Origin: Macrostomum hystrix
Taxonomy: Eukaryota; Animalia; Platyhelminthes
Direction: 5' to 3'
DNA length: 64,000 nt
Assembly (NCBI GenBank): GCA_950097015.1
Contig: CATNEN010000029.1
Span: forward strand, 5,394,001-5,458,000
Numbering within the stretch: the stretch's first letter is position 1; each line of letters opens with the position of its first letter. Shown one piece after another: positions 38,208-52,079 of this stretch. The notes under the pieces were generated by a model that was given only the letters and a program-made list of their open reading frames with translations, ran no database searches and had not been told where the DNA came from. The position numbers and the translations under genes were made by a program.

Positions 38208-41200
38208 ATGCTCAACTCTCTGAAGAACTATGTCAATACACAGTTTTCCACAATTAACCCGTACAAAATTGAAGAGGCAAATCCAGCACACTTCAATAAG
38301 TAAGTGGCGTTTTTGTCAACCCCATTCGAAATCTAAATCCATAGTTCAGTGTCAACTCCATCTTGACTCTAGTTTAAAATCAACACAATTCTAAATCCCT
38401 AGTTTACAGTGTCAACCCCATCCTAAATCCCTAGTTTACAGTGTCATCCCCATCCTAAATCCCTAGTTTTCACTCATCCCCATCCTAAATCCCTAGTTTT
38501 CACTGTCATCCCCATCCTAAATCCATAGTTTTCACTGTCAACCCCATCCTAAATCCCTAGTTTACAGTGTCATCCCCATCCTAAATCCCTAGTTTTCACT
38601 CATCCCCATCCTAAATCCCTAGTTTACAGTGTCATCCCCATCCTAAATCCCTAGTTTTCACTCATCCCCATCCTAAATCCCTAGTTTTCACTGTCATCCC
38701 TATCCTAAATCCATAGTTTTCACTGTCATCCCCATCCTAAATCCCTAGTTTTCACTGTCATCCCCATCCTAAATCCCTAGTTTTCACTGTCATCCCCATC
38801 CTAAATCCATAGTTTTCACTGTCATCCCCATCCTAAATCCCTAGTTTTCACTGTCATCCCCATCCTAAATCCATAGTTTTCACTGTCATCCCCATCCTAA
38901 ATCCCTAGTTTTCACTGTCAACCCCATCCTAAATCCCTAGTTTTCACTGTCATCCCCATCCTAAATCCCTAGTTTTCACTGTCAACCCCATCCTAAATCC
39001 CTAGTTTTCACTGTCATCCCCATCCTAAATCCCTAGTTTTCACTATCAACCCCATCATAAATCCCTAGTTTTCACTGTCATCCCCATCCTAAATCCCTAG
39101 TTTTCACTATCAACCCCATCATAAATCCCTAGTTTTCACTGTCATCCCCATCCTAAATCCATAGTTTTCACTGTCATCCCCATCCTAAATCCACAGTTTT
39201 CACTATCAACCCCATCCTAAATCCCTAGTTTTCACTGTCAACCCCATCCTAAATCCCTAGTTTTCACTGTCAACTCCATCCTAAATCCCTAGTTTTCACT
39301 CATCCCCATCCTAAATCCCTAGTTTTCACTGTCATCCCCATCCTAAATCCATAGTTTTCACTGTCATCCCCATCCTAAATCCCTAGTTTTCACTGTCATC
39401 CCCATCCTAAATCCCTAGTTTTCACTGTCATCCCCATCCTAGATCCCTAGTTTTCACTATCAACCCCATCCTAAATCCCTAGTTTTCACTGTCAACCCCA
39501 TCCTAAATCCACAGTTTTCACTATCAACCCCATCCTAAATCCCTAGTTTTCACTGTCAACCCCATCCTAAATCCCTAGTTTTCACTGTCATCCCCATCCT
39601 AAATCCCTAGTTTTCACTCATCCCCATCCTAGATCCCTAGTTTTCACTATCAACCCCATCCTAAATCCCTAGTTTTCACTGTCATCCCCATCCTAAATCC
39701 ATAGTTTTCACTGTCATCCCCATCCTAGATCCCTAGTTTTCACTATCAACCCCATCCTAAATCCCTAGTTTTCACTGTCAACCCCATCCTAAATCCCTAG
39801 TTTTCACTGTCATCCCCATCCTAAATCCCTAGTTTTCACTGTCATCCCCATCCTAGATCCCTAGTTTTCACTATCAACCCCATCCTAAATCCCTAGTTTT
39901 CACTGTCAACCCCATCCTAAATCCACAGTTTTCACTGTCAACCCCATCCTAAATCCTTAGTTTTCACTGTCAACCCCATCCTAAATCCTTAGTTTTCACT
40001 GTCAACCCCATCCTAAATCCTTACTTATATATATTCTCAAATTAAGTCTTTTTTTGCATGGAGATTATACTTACTGGCATTTCTCATTGCTCCAGGTACC
40101 AGGGACACATCAGTGACAATTCTGGCAGCAATTTGTATCGTGTGGCAAATCACTTCGAAATGATTTTCACTTACGTCAATGTGAAGAATGAGAACAAGGC
40201 TTATTCGTGAGTTTTGCTGATTCCAGGTCCTTTGATCTTGAATAAAATGTAATCTTAAATAAGCTCCAACTCAGCAGTCACAGGAATGCAGCATTCAGAA
40301 TCGGGAATCCAGTATTCACAGTCGGGGAATCCAGTATTCACAGTCGGGGAATCCAGTATCACAGTCGGGGAATCCAGTATTCACAGTCGGGAATCCAGTA
40401 TTCACAGTCGGTAATCCAGTATTCACAGTCGGGAATCCAGTATCACAGTCGGGGAATCCAGTATTCACAGTCGGGGAATCCAGTATTCACAGTCGGGAAT
40501 CCAGTATTCACAGTCGGTAATCCAGTATTCACAGTCGGGAATCCAGTATCACAGTCGGGGAATCCAGTATTCACAGTCGGGGAATCCAGTATTCACAGTC
40601 GGGAATCCAGTATTCACAATCGGGAATCCAGTATTCACAGTCGGGAATCCAGTATTCACAGTCGGGAATCCAGTATTCACAGTCGGGAATCCAGTATCAC
40701 AGTCGGGAATCCAGTATTCACAGTCGGGAATCCAGTATTCACAGTCGGGAATCCAGTATTCATAGTCGGGGAATCCAGTATTCACAGTCGGGAATCCAGT
40801 ATTCACAGTCGGGAATCCAGTATCACAGTCGGGAATCCAGTATTCACAGTCGGGAATCCAGTATTCACAGTCGGGAATCCAGTATTCACAGTCGGAGAAT
40901 CTAGTATTCACACTCGGGAATCCAGTATTCACAGTCGGGAATCCAGTATTCACAGTCGGTAATCCAGTATTCACAGTCGGGAATCCAGTATTTACAGTCG
41001 GGGAATCCAGTATTCACAGTCGGGAATCCAGTATTCACAGTCGGGAATCCAGTATTCACAGTCGGGGAATCCAGTATTCACAGTCGGGGAATCCAGTATT
41101 CACAGTCGGGAATCCAGTATTCACAGTCGGGAATCCAGTATTCACAGTCGGGAATCCAGTATTCACAGTCGGGAATCCAGTATTCACAGTCGGGGAATCC

Positions 41201-44200
41201 AGTATTCACAGTCGGGGAATCCAGTATTCACAGTCGGGAATCCAGTATTCACAATCGGGAATCCAGTATTCACAGTCGGGGAATCCAGTATTCACAATCG
41301 GGAATCCAGTATTCACAATCGGGAATCCAGTATTCACAATCGGGAATCCAGTATTCACAGTCGGGAATCCAGTATTCACAATCGGGAATCCAGTATTCAC
41401 AATCGGGAATCCAGTATTCACAGTCGGGGAATCCAGTATTCACAGTCGGGAATCCAGTATTCACAATCGGGAATCCAGTATTCACAGTCGGGGAATCCAG
41501 TATTCACAGTCGGGAATCCAGTATTCACAGTCGGGAATCCAGTATTCACAGTCGGGAATCCAGTATTCACAGTCGGGAATCCAGTATTCATAGTCGGGGA
41601 ATCCAGTATTCACAGTCGGGAATCCAGTATTCACAGTCGGGAATCCAGTATTCACAGTCGGGAATCCAGTATTCACAGTCGGGAATCCAGTATCACAGTC
41701 GGGAATCCAGTATTCACAGTCGGGAATCCAGTATTCACAGTCGGGAATCCAGTATTCACAGTCGGGGAATCCAGTATTCACAACGGACTCCGCTGCCGCC
41801 CCGCAGTCTATTCCGATTAGAGAGCATGGCGGACTCGGAGTCTCTGTTCGCTCACTATTCTTCGCGCCTGCGCGTACTTGAACGCATCGATCGAAGCCTG
41901 CTGACGCGCAAGAAGGACGTTGAGGCCGCGTGCGAAGTGCTTCGTCAGAATCCAGGTTACACGGCCTGCCATGTTGCTGTGCACCTCAACTGGTTGCACA
42001 TGCTGCGACATCCGGAAATGGTTGCCATGGTGAACGCGCCTGACGATGTTAATCGAATCACACCGTTTGTACTGTCGGTTATTAATAGCAACGTGTCCAT
42101 AGTTCGCGAGTTCCTCACAATGAACAATGTGAACCTCACCATTGTGGACTCTAACGGTGATTCCGTATTTCATCACGCGGCAGGCAAGCCGAGCGAGCTT
42201 ATGACAGTGAGTAATTTGCCTGTAACACTCATAATTACTAGTAAATCCTTTAACGTTTGCAAAATAACTATCTTCTACACTGCAGCTTCTAATCGGACGC
42301 GACCAGACAATGGTGAATCACGTGAACGATGAAGGCAGAGTGCCGCTGCACCTCACCTGTCAGGCCGCTGACGACTTGGGCACCCTGCTGCTGCTGCAGG
42401 CCGGCGCCGACCCGGCCGGCGGTGACGCGCCATATCCGACAAAGCCCATTCACCTAGCAATGCGCAGCTGCTCGCTAAAGTGAGCTAGCTCTTACAGTTT
42501 GATCTTTTCTGATATGATCTTGAGATATCGCTTACTGGCATGTAGAATTGAATAAAGCAAATAGGTACGCGAATTCCCGTCTTCTTGGAGTTTGACGCAG
42601 GAATCAAAAGCCATTCAGCAAAAATGCTTCTCCTTTTCTCCTCTCCTCTCGTTCCCTATCTCTCACCTTCCCTCTCCTCTCACTTTCTCCCCCTTTTGTA
42701 CTTTCTGCATTTAAAGTGCACTTTGTGATTCGCTGTGCAGGTGCATCGAGATGCTGTGCACTCGCGACCACGGCCTCATCAACAGTGTGGACAATGAAGG
42801 CAACTCTGTGCTGCACTACGCGCGCGAGAAGGACATCACCTACACACTGTGCCACTATCCGCAGATCAATAAGAATCTGGTGAACGCCAGGGGCGAGACG
42901 CCACTGCACTCTGTCATCATCGAGATGTACAAGACTACTGACAAGAAGAAGAAGGAAGACTACCTGGATGTGATCATGACTCTGCTAGTGCTGGAGGCTG
43001 ATGCCAGCATTCCCAATATCGAAGGCGAGACTCCACTGCATTCCGCTGTTAGGGTAAGACGCTCAATTCTGTTGTCTATTAACAGTAGGACTACCAAGCC
43101 ATTTTGCCGCCCGCTTTTATACCAAGGGGGGAATTTCCCCTGAGTGACACGGGATATCAACACACTGAGTGACACAGGATATCAAGGCACTGAGTAAAAC
43201 AGGATATCAACACACTGAGTGACACAGGATATCAACACACTGAGTGACACAGGATATCAACACACTGAGTGACACAGGATATCAACACACTGAGTGACAC
43301 AGGATATCAACACACTGAGTGACACAGGATATCAACACACTGAGTGACACAGGATATCAACACACTGAGTGACACAGGATATCAACACACTGAGTGACAC
43401 AGGATATCAACACACTGAGTGACACAGGATATCAACACACTGAGTGACACAGGATATCAACACACTGAGTGACACAGGATATCAACACACTGAGTGACAC
43501 AGGATATCAACACACTGAGTGACACAGGATATCAACACACTGAGTGACACAGGATATCAACACACTGAGTGACACAGGATATCAACACACTGAGTGACAC
43601 AGGATATCAACACACTGAGTGACACAGGATATCAACACACTGAGTGACACAGGATATCAACACACTGAGTGACACAGGATATCAACACACTGAGTGACAC
43701 AGGATATCAACACACTGAGTGACACAGGATATCAACACACTGAGTGACACAGGATATCAACACACTGAGTGACACAGGATATCAACACACTGAGTGACAC
43801 AGGATATCAACACACTGAGTGACACAGGATATCAACACACTGAGTGACACAGGATATCAACACACTGAGTGACACAGGATATCAACACACTGAGTGACAC
43901 AGGATATCAACACACTGAGTGACACAGGATATCAACACACTGAGTGACACAGGATATCAACACACTGAGTGACACAGGATATTAACACACTGAGTGACAC
44001 AGGATATCAACACACTGAGTGACACAGGATATCAACACACTGAGTGACACAGGATATCAACACACTGAGTGACACAGGATATCAACACACTGAGTGACAC
44101 AGGATATTAACACACTGAGTGACACAGGATATCAACACACTGAGTGACACAGGATATCAACACACTGAGTGACACAGGATATCAACACACTGAGTGACAC

Positions 44201-47200
44201 AGGATATCAACACACTGAGTGACACAGGATATCAACACACTGAGTGACACAGGATATTAACACACTGAGTGACACAGGATATCAACACACTGAGTGACAC
44301 AGGATATCAACACACTGAGTGACACAGGATATCAACACACTGAGTGACACAGGATATCAACACACTGAGTGACACAGGATATCAACACACTGAGTGACAC
44401 AGGATATCAACACACTGAGTGACACAGGATATTAACACACTGAGTGACACAGGATATCAACACACTGAGTGACACAGGATATCAACACACTGAGTGACAC
44501 AGGATATCAACACACTGAGTGACACAGGATATCAACACACTGAGTGACACAGGATATCAACACACTGAGTGACACAGGATATTAACACACTGAGTGACAC
44601 AGGATATCAACACACTGAGTGACACAGGATATCAACACACTGAGTGACACAGGATATCAACACACTAAGTAACAAACTAAAGGATTTTAGAGACTTGAAG
44701 AAACACAATTATCAAATGTACGTATAAAACAATTTATTGACGGCATGTGTCGATAACCTTCTGCATAGCCAGCTGTTCTGTTTGACAAAATGTGTTTATT
44801 CTTCTACTCATAGACGCGCAACGTTGACGTCGTCCGCGCCCTCATTGTCTTCGAAGCCGACGTTAATTGCCTAAACAAGCGCGGCCAGACTCCGCGTCAC
44901 ATCCTATCTAGCGAGGAAGAAGGCCAGCCCGCGTTTGGGTGTGTGCACTGGCACTTTTCATGTATTTCACTACCTAAGATATTATATTCTTTGTTAGATA
45001 GATTTATTTATAGTCTATGCTCGTATTAATTCATTTGCAAAAATATTATTTCAGAATTCTGCCCTACTTTCGCACGAGTACTCGCGATCGGTAAGTAGTG
45101 CAATACACACTTGTCCATCGCGTGTGTTTCATTGCTGTAAGTGCGTTGTTTGTTTCCGTGTTAACCGCCCGCACCCGGCCTTTGATCTGCAGAGACGTGC
45201 TAATCTACACTCTGCACATGGTTGGCGCCAATCGCTGTTCCGGCGAGACCTCCGGCTGCGGCGACGGCTGTCATTATCGAGGCAAAAACAATGGCACCGT
45301 GCCTGAGGCCTGCAAAATACCCGAACTGGAGGCGCACTCGCCGGATCCTACTCCCAGGCAGAATCCACTTAGCGGCTCTGTTGTTGGCAGCACAGCCGTT
45401 GCTCTATTGAAGCGATTGGACAATCGCTCGGCCACTGGGGTGAACTTTCGCAATTCTAACGCCTCATCAGTGTCAGCCTCGTCTACTGCTGGCGCTGAGC
45501 AAGGCTGTAGCGAACCGTGCGTCTATCTGTCCGAGTCGGCCAGCAGCTACAGCATCCTTGCTAGCACCGCCTCGCAAAGTGTTGACGTTCCAGACAACGC
45601 CGATGGCGACAATGCATCGTCTGAATTGGACGCAATCGAAGGCGACACCCTGCTGTGCCTGGATGGCGGTGGAATTCGCGGTTTAATTCTGGCCCAACTG
45701 ATGCGCGCCATCGAGCGTCGGCTAATTCAACAGCAGCAGGCGCAATTGCAGCTAGTCGACTATTTCGACTGGGTGTCCGGCACCAGTACTGGCGCCATCT
45801 GTGCTCTAGCTTTGGGTGTTGGCAAAACCGCCGCTTTTGGACGTTGTCTTTATTTAAAGCTCAAGGATCGGATGTTTCAGGTTGGCTCATAAAATACTTC
45901 ATAATTAATTATTATTATTATTATTATTAAAACGCGCACGCCATCTATGGGTGCTGATTTTTTTATTTTTTATTTTTTTTAACAACACATTTAAATGAAC
46001 AACGAAAAGCAACATAAAAAGCGAAGTTTAGTAGGAATCAAATATCGAGCTGGGAAGGGAAAGCAAAGGTATTAAAAATAAGAGCAGTAAAAACACAAGG
46101 GACGGCAGGGATAAAACAAAATATGAAATATCTATTGTTGAATGCTAGTAAGATCTCGTAGTCTCAGGGCAGCTGTTCCCTTATTTTAGATATTTCTATG
46201 ATGTATTTTGCTAAAGCTTCAGCGGTTTCCCTATCGTCTTGAGCCATTATGTAGTTAGATTTTTCTTCTGCTGTTAAGGATATGAAATTGGGGGTTTTCC
46301 CAGAAACTTCCGTCTCAAATTTCGAACGTGCTGCGCTATATTTATTCCAAGTGCACTTAAAAAGGAAGTGGACCTCGTTTTCAACTTCTGTTTTGCACTT
46401 ACTACATAATCTATTTACATACGGAATTTTCGGTCTCTCAGTTCGCAATGTATGTATTACATTCATAATCGTCCCTTCCGACTGACTGTCCATGTAAAAA
46501 ACCTCTAAGGAGCCTTCAGAAAAACTCACCCATGTATTTTTACAGAAAGGCTCGCCCTGTCTCGGTCTGTCTGAGAAGGGCTCACTCCTGTCCCTTCAGT
46601 AGGGCTCACCCCTGTCCCTTCAGGGGGGCTCGACCGTGTCCCTTCAGGGGGGCTCACCCATGTCCCTTCAGAGGGGCTCACCCCAGTCCCTTCAGAAGGG
46701 CTCACCCAAGTCCCTTCAGAAAAGCTCACCTCTGTCCCTTCAGGGGAGCTCACCCATGTCCCTTCAGAAGGGCTTGAACCTGTGTCCCTTCAGGGGGGCT
46801 CGACCGTGTCCCTTCAGGGGGGCTCACCCATGTCCCTTCAGAATAGCTGACCCCTCTCCTTCAGAATGGCTCAAAATTGTTTAGCATCGCGTCTCCCAGA
46901 AATTTACGGTCGTAGAATGGCTCATTTTATAATTGCTTATTTTCTATCATCTCCCGCTCCAACATCGCATGCCTGCAGGGTTCGCGTCCCTACGCCGCCG
47001 ACTTCCTTGAGCAGACGCTGCAGGAAATGTTCGGCGAGAACACGGTGATGACAGATATTCCGCAGTCGCGCTGCGGCATTATGATTCACGCCCTGCTGGC
47101 CGACAGATTTCCGCCTTTGTTGCACACTTTTCGCAATTATGACCCACCGATGCCGGATCCGCGTCCTTTGAAGTCGTCACCTGAGGTGGCCGTTTGCCGG

Positions 47201-48274
47201 CCCGAAGAGCAGCTGGTGTGGAGAGCAGCCCGGGCGTCTGGCGCGGCCCCTACATTCTTCAAGTCATGTGATCAGTATCTGGACGGCGGATTAGTGGCTA
47301 ACAATCCAACATTGGACGCTCTGACAGAGGTATAGTATGCTCATTGTCAATGCAGGGATTGAAGCCTAGTGGCTTATTTAGAGCATAGGACTCACGACTT
47401 GATGGTCGGGGTTTCGATTCCCGACTTCACTGGAACAATCTGTATCCTTTGGCAAGACACTTAACTTTGCATTGCTTCAGTTCACCCAGCTTAGCTGGGG
47501 TAATTGAGGTTGGGTGTTGCGTCTTTCCCCAGTCCATGGACTGAACAGCCGTACGCAGTCTTCAGATGCGTCGGGCAGTAGCTGCACATCTGACCCAATC
47601 TGAGCTCTGACCACGCTTTCCAGCGTGGCTAAAACAATAAATTTAAAAGAAAAGCTAAACTATTAACGGCAAACTCGCGGCAAATCTCGTCCACCAGCAA
47701 CAGCACTCAAATCGTTTAGGCTCGATGTCTTTTATTAAATAATCCTTGCTTACGTATAGATGTACCGTGTTATTCGTACCTGAGCCTAAGCAACACGCAT
47801 TCGCACATTCCCATCTCTCAGCTTACCGCCTACTACAAAAAGAACTACAATCAGCGGCCAAAGCTGCGCTGCGTTGTCTCCCTGGGCACCGGGCGCATCC
47901 CGGTCATTCCAATCTCCAATCGCGACGTCTTCATGCCGTCCAATCCGGCCCAGCTGTTGCAGACATTTCGCGGCATGAACAGCCTGGCTCAGATTATGAT
48001 CGAGCAGGCCACTAGCGCCGACTATCAGACTGTGCGCCGCGCCCAGGCCTGGTGCGACTGCTTAGGCGCGCGCTATTATCGTTTATCGCCACCAATCTCG
48101 GCTGACATACCGCTGGACTGTAAGAATACTTCCATACTCATTCAGATGCTGTGGGAGACTGAGGTCTACCTAGCCAGGAATACGGACAAACTCACCCAGC
48201 TGGTGCGTGTGCTCACCGCGCCGCACAGGGCTGCCGCTGCGTCTGCGAAGACAAAGGTTTCTGACTGGTCGTAA
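38208..48274 (+). CDS. PLA2G6: Calcium-independent phospholipase A2 beta (ankyrin repeats + patatin domain), ~908 aa
   Basis: Nine exons in frame: 38208-38299, 40096-40206, 41807-42206, 42286-42479, 42741-43053, 44814-44938, 45193-45880, 46979-47329, 47822-48274. N-terminal INPYKIEE, ankyrin motifs ([15 protein letters not shown]), patatin motifs [27 protein letters not shown]. Confidence 0.95.
38385..40022. repeat. 32-bp C-rich minisatellite (tccccatcctaaatccctagttttcactgtca) in iPLA2 intron 1
   Basis: About 50 tandem units with 30-bp variants. Confidence 0.95.
40300..41782. repeat. 21/22-bp minisatellite (cacagtcggg[g]aatccagtatt) in iPLA2 intron 2
   Basis: About 70 tandem units ending ~24 nt before the acceptor at 41806. 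Confidence 0.95.
43141..44667. repeat. 25-bp highly homogeneous minisatellite (tgagtgacacaggatatcaacacac) in iPLA2 intron 5
   Basis: About 60 units; the only recurrent variant is atc->att. Confidence 0.97.
46164..46500 (-). mobile_element. 5'-truncated LINE fragment (C-terminal Zn-binding end of ORF2, L2/CR1-group-like) in iPLA2 intron 7
   Basis: [37 protein letters not shown] resembles the C-x2-C...E-x-H-x3-C tail of APE-type LINE ORF2; A-rich tract downstream on the minus strand (~45955-45980). Confidence 0.65.
46540..46865. repeat. 24-bp minisatellite (ctcacccctgtcccttcagagggg)
   Basis: About 12 variant units abutting the 5' truncation point of the LINE fragment. Confidence 0.88.
47356..47610 (+). 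mobile_element. tRNA-headed CORE-type SINE copy 2 (diverged), in iPLA2 intron 8
   Basis: agcctagtgg...ggactcacgactt...gtttcgattcccgac...ggcaagacacttaact...cacccagc...cagtccatggactg...catctgacccaat. Confidence 0.85.
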
Positions 48275-48374
48275 AAATTTTTGGAACTTGTTGATTGTTG
48301 TGTAGCATAAAGATGTCAGATATTGAGATCATTTATCTTAAACTTATGTAATATGCGTAGAGACTTTTTAGTAC

Positions 48375-49010
48375 GTTGGTCCTCAATAGACCCCTATCAA
48401 CCACCTGGTCCTCAATAGACCCCTAACAACCACCTGGTCCTCAATAGACCCCTATCAACCACCTGGTCCTCAATAGACCCCTATCAACCACCTGGTCCTC
48501 AATAGACCCCTATCAACCACCTGGTCCTCAATAGACCCCTATCAACCACCTGGTCCTCAATAGACCCCTATCAACCACCTGGTCCTCAATAGACCACTAT
48601 CAACCACCTGGTCCTCAATAGACCCCTATCAACCACCTGGTCCTCAATAGACCCCTATCAACCACCTGGTCCTCAATAGACCCCTATCAACCACCTGGTC
48701 CTCAATAGACCACTATCAACCACCTGGTCCTCAATAGACCCCTATCAACCACCTGGTCCTCAATAGACCCCTATCAACCACCTGGTCCTCAATAGACCCC
48801 TATCAACCACCTGGTCCTCAATAGACCACTATCAACCACCTGGTCCTCAATAGACCCCTATCAACCACCTGGTCCTCAATAGACCCCTATCAACCACCTG
48901 GTCCTCAATAGACCACTATCAACCACCTGGTCCTCAATAGACCCCTATCAACCACCTGGTCCTCAATAGACCCCTATCAACCACCTGGTCCTCAATAGAC
49001 CCCTATCAGC
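48375..49010. repeat. 29-bp minisatellite (acctggtcctcaatagacccctatcaacc) just 3' of iPLA2
   Basis: About 22 tandem units. Confidence 0.95.
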
Positions 49011-49829
49011 CACTGTCGATTACCTGGTTCTTTTTCGCCCAATTTTAAAACATATAGGGTTGCCGTCTATTTTGTGCTTGTCCTGTGATGCAAATTTGTG
49101 ATTGGAAGCAGTGCGTAAAGTTGTTAGTGCTTTCGAGTGTGTAATTAACAGTTCAGTTATTTTTTATATCCAAAATGCCCTTCTTTTTCAATATTTACAA
49201 TGATTTTTATAGTAACCTTAATTTCACTCCTTGTGTATCCAGTTTTTCTTTGCTTTGGTTTTTCAAAGTTATTCATTATTAATTTATAAAAAAACTTTGG
49301 TGACAGTACTTAGAAATGATACTTCATAATTAGGTCCTATTTATTGAAATTATTGACGATATCATTAGTAGTTTAACTATTAATATTACACAACTGACTT
49401 GACTAATTTTGCGTTATCTAGAGAACACATCGCTGCCTTTTGCACACTACTCAATAGTAGCAGTGTGAGAATTGCTAATTTTTACCCTAAATTTATGTTT
49501 AGTAAAATGGTAATTAATCAGTATTGACATTGAATTTTGATTTGATCTGCTTTATGTTCGATTTCGCACATTCCAGGTGCCGTAGCCCACCTGCGCAGGT
49601 GATTCCATAATAATGTTTTTCTCTGTGTTCCAATAGCTCTATCAATAGCGTTTCTTAATTTTTCTGTGCTTGTTGTCGGTGCAAACATGTTTTGCCAAAA
49701 GATGTTATCCCACTCATCCGCATCAGAAATACGAGCGTAGGGTTGGTCTCGCATCGGACTCAATCAGAACTTAACTTGTAAACAAATCTTCTTTTATCAG
49801 TATTATCTCTTATGTACAACATTACTATC

Positions 49830-51005
49830 TTACCTGGTTCTCTAATAGGCCGCTTGTTGGCCCAATCTCCTGGTTCTCTAATAGGCCGCTTGTTGGCCCA
49901 ATCACCTGGTTCTCTAATAAGCCGCTTGTTGGCCCAATCACCTGGTTCTCTAATAGGCCGCTTGTTGGCCCAATCACCTGGTTCTCTAATAGGCCGCTTG
50001 TTGGCTCAATCACCTGGTTCTCTAATAGGCCGCTTGTTGGCCCAATCACCTGGTTCTCTAATAGGCCGCTTGTTGGCTCAATCACCTGGTTCTCTAATAG
50101 GCCGCTTGTTGGCCCAATCACCTGGTTCTCTAATAGGCCGCTTGTTGGCCCAATCACCTGGTTCTCTAATAGGCCGCTTGTTGGCTCAATCACCTGGTTC
50201 TCTAATAGGCCGCTTGTTGGCCCAATCACCTGGTTCTCTAATAGGCCGCTTGTTGGCTCAATCACCTGGTTCTCTAATAGGCCGCTTGTTGGCCCAATCA
50301 CCTGGTTCTCTAATAGGCCGCTTGTTGGCCCAATCACCTGGTTCTCTAATAAGCCGCTTGTTGGCCCAATCACCTGGTTCTCTAATAAGCCGCTTGTTGG
50401 CCCAATCTCCTGGTTCTCTAATAGGCCGCTTGTTGGCCCAATCTCCTGGTTCTCTAATAGGCCGCTTGTTGGCCCAATCACCTGGTTCTCTAATAGGCCG
50501 CTTGTTGGCTCAATCACCTGGTTCTCTTATAGGCCGCTTGTTGGCCCAATCACCTGGTTCTCTAATAGGCCGCTTGTTGGCCCAATCACCTGGTTCTCTA
50601 ATAGGCCGCTTGTTGGCCCAATCTCCTGGTTCTCTAATAGGCCGCTTGTTGGCCCAATCACCTGGTTCTCTAATAGGCCGCTTGTTGGCCCAATCACCTG
50701 GTTCTCTAATAGGCCGCTTGTTGGCCCAATCACCTGGTTCTCTAATAGGCCGCTTGTTGGCTCAATCTCCTGGTTCTCTAATAGGCCGCTTGTTGGCTCA
50801 ATCTCCTGGTTCTCTAATAGGCCGCTTGTTGGCCCAATCACCTGGTTCTCTAATAGGCCGCTTGTTGGCCCAATCACCTGGTTCTCTAATAGGCCGCTTG
50901 TTGGCCCAATCACCTGGTTCTCTAATAGGCCGCTTGTTGGCTCAATCTCCTGGTTCTCTAATAGGCCGCTTGTTGGCTCAATCTCCTGGTTCTCTAATAG
51001 GCTGG
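49830..51005. repeat. 36-bp minisatellite (cctggttctctaataggccgcttgttggcccaatca)
   Basis: About 32 units; explains the 404-aa GSLIGRLLAQSP pseudo-ORF. Confidence 0.95.
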
Positions 51006-51680
51006 TTCCTAAGCCTAATAACCTGACTTGTCAATCTGATTCTTGTAAATCCTATTCAATTGAAAAAGGTAGTCTAAATTAAGAAACCTGCTGTATTAAG
51101 TTGTTATGGATTTTTTACTTGTAGCTTTTTTCTAAAGCCAACGCTGATGATTTTTACTTAGATTATATTTTTTATTTCCTTGTTCTTCTTAACTGGCAAG
51201 CCATGCAGTTTTGAGTTAATATAGGATTTTTCTGACAATAAAACGATTAGTGCCTGACCGACAGACTAATCCTAACTACTTCTGTGTACCATAGATTTCC
51301 CAGCCCTAATTGAATATTTTAAACTTCTCTTTGTGCACTGTTTGGTGTGTCTTTGGTGTGCAGTTGTCTTCATTTATTGGCATAGCCATTTTATAGTGTG
51401 CTGTCTGTCAACTTTTTTGTAGCTAACTAAAATAAATGGAGTGACACTTTCATTATAAGCATGTCTTGTTTAAAAATATTGCTTTTTAAATTCAGATGAA
51501 AGGAGTTCTATAATACATATTTCTTTTTCAAATTAGAAGTATTAAATTACAAGTCTTAAACTTCTCATCGAAACAATTTCAAATGGCATCTTCTTTCTTC
51601 AGGATGTGATTGCCTTCTGAATTCAGAATGTTGTGAGCCTTCAATATTCAACATATTGTCAGCGGACCATCTGTATTCAG

Positions 51681-51978
51681 ATAGGTTGTAGCCTAGTGGT
51701 TAAAGCATCGGACTCACGACTTGAAGGTCGGGGGTTCGATTCCCGACTCCACTGGAACAATTTGTGTCCTTTAGCAAGACACTTAACTCTGCATTGCTTC
51801 AATTCACCCAGCTGTTAAACGGGTACCAGCATTAGCTGGGTGTGGCGTCCCCCAGTCCATGGACTGAACAGCTGTACGCAGCCTTCAGATGCGCCGCGCA
51901 ATAGCTGCGGCTGTGCTGTCGGCTGCACATCTGACCCAATTGGGGGAGGTGTAATCAGTTATTATTAATTATTATTAT
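51681..51978 (+). mobile_element. Full-length tRNA-headed CORE-type SINE copy 3 with 9-bp TSD
   Basis: TSD tgtattcag at 51672-51680 and 51979-51987; A/B boxes; tgtgtcctttagcaagacacttaactctg...cacccagctgttaaacggg resembles the MIR CORE consensus; (ATT)n tail. Confidence 0.9.
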
Positions 51979-52079
51979 TGTATTCAGGGTTTTGTACTCT
52001 CTTTTCTTCAGTCTTCTTAGATAAATTTTGTCATCAGTTCTATCTCGCCTTTTGAGGCTGTTATCCGCCTTCTGTTACC

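Noticed and set aside
38385-40022. Telomere-like TTAGG/CTAGGG words on the minus strand of the 32-bp array
   Set aside because: No tandem TTAGGG tracts; the words are embedded in a longer unrelated unit.
49812-51026. 404-aa GSLIGRLLAQSP ORF
   Set aside because: Pure 36-bp tandem repeat, open on both strands, with no unique coding flanks or splice context.
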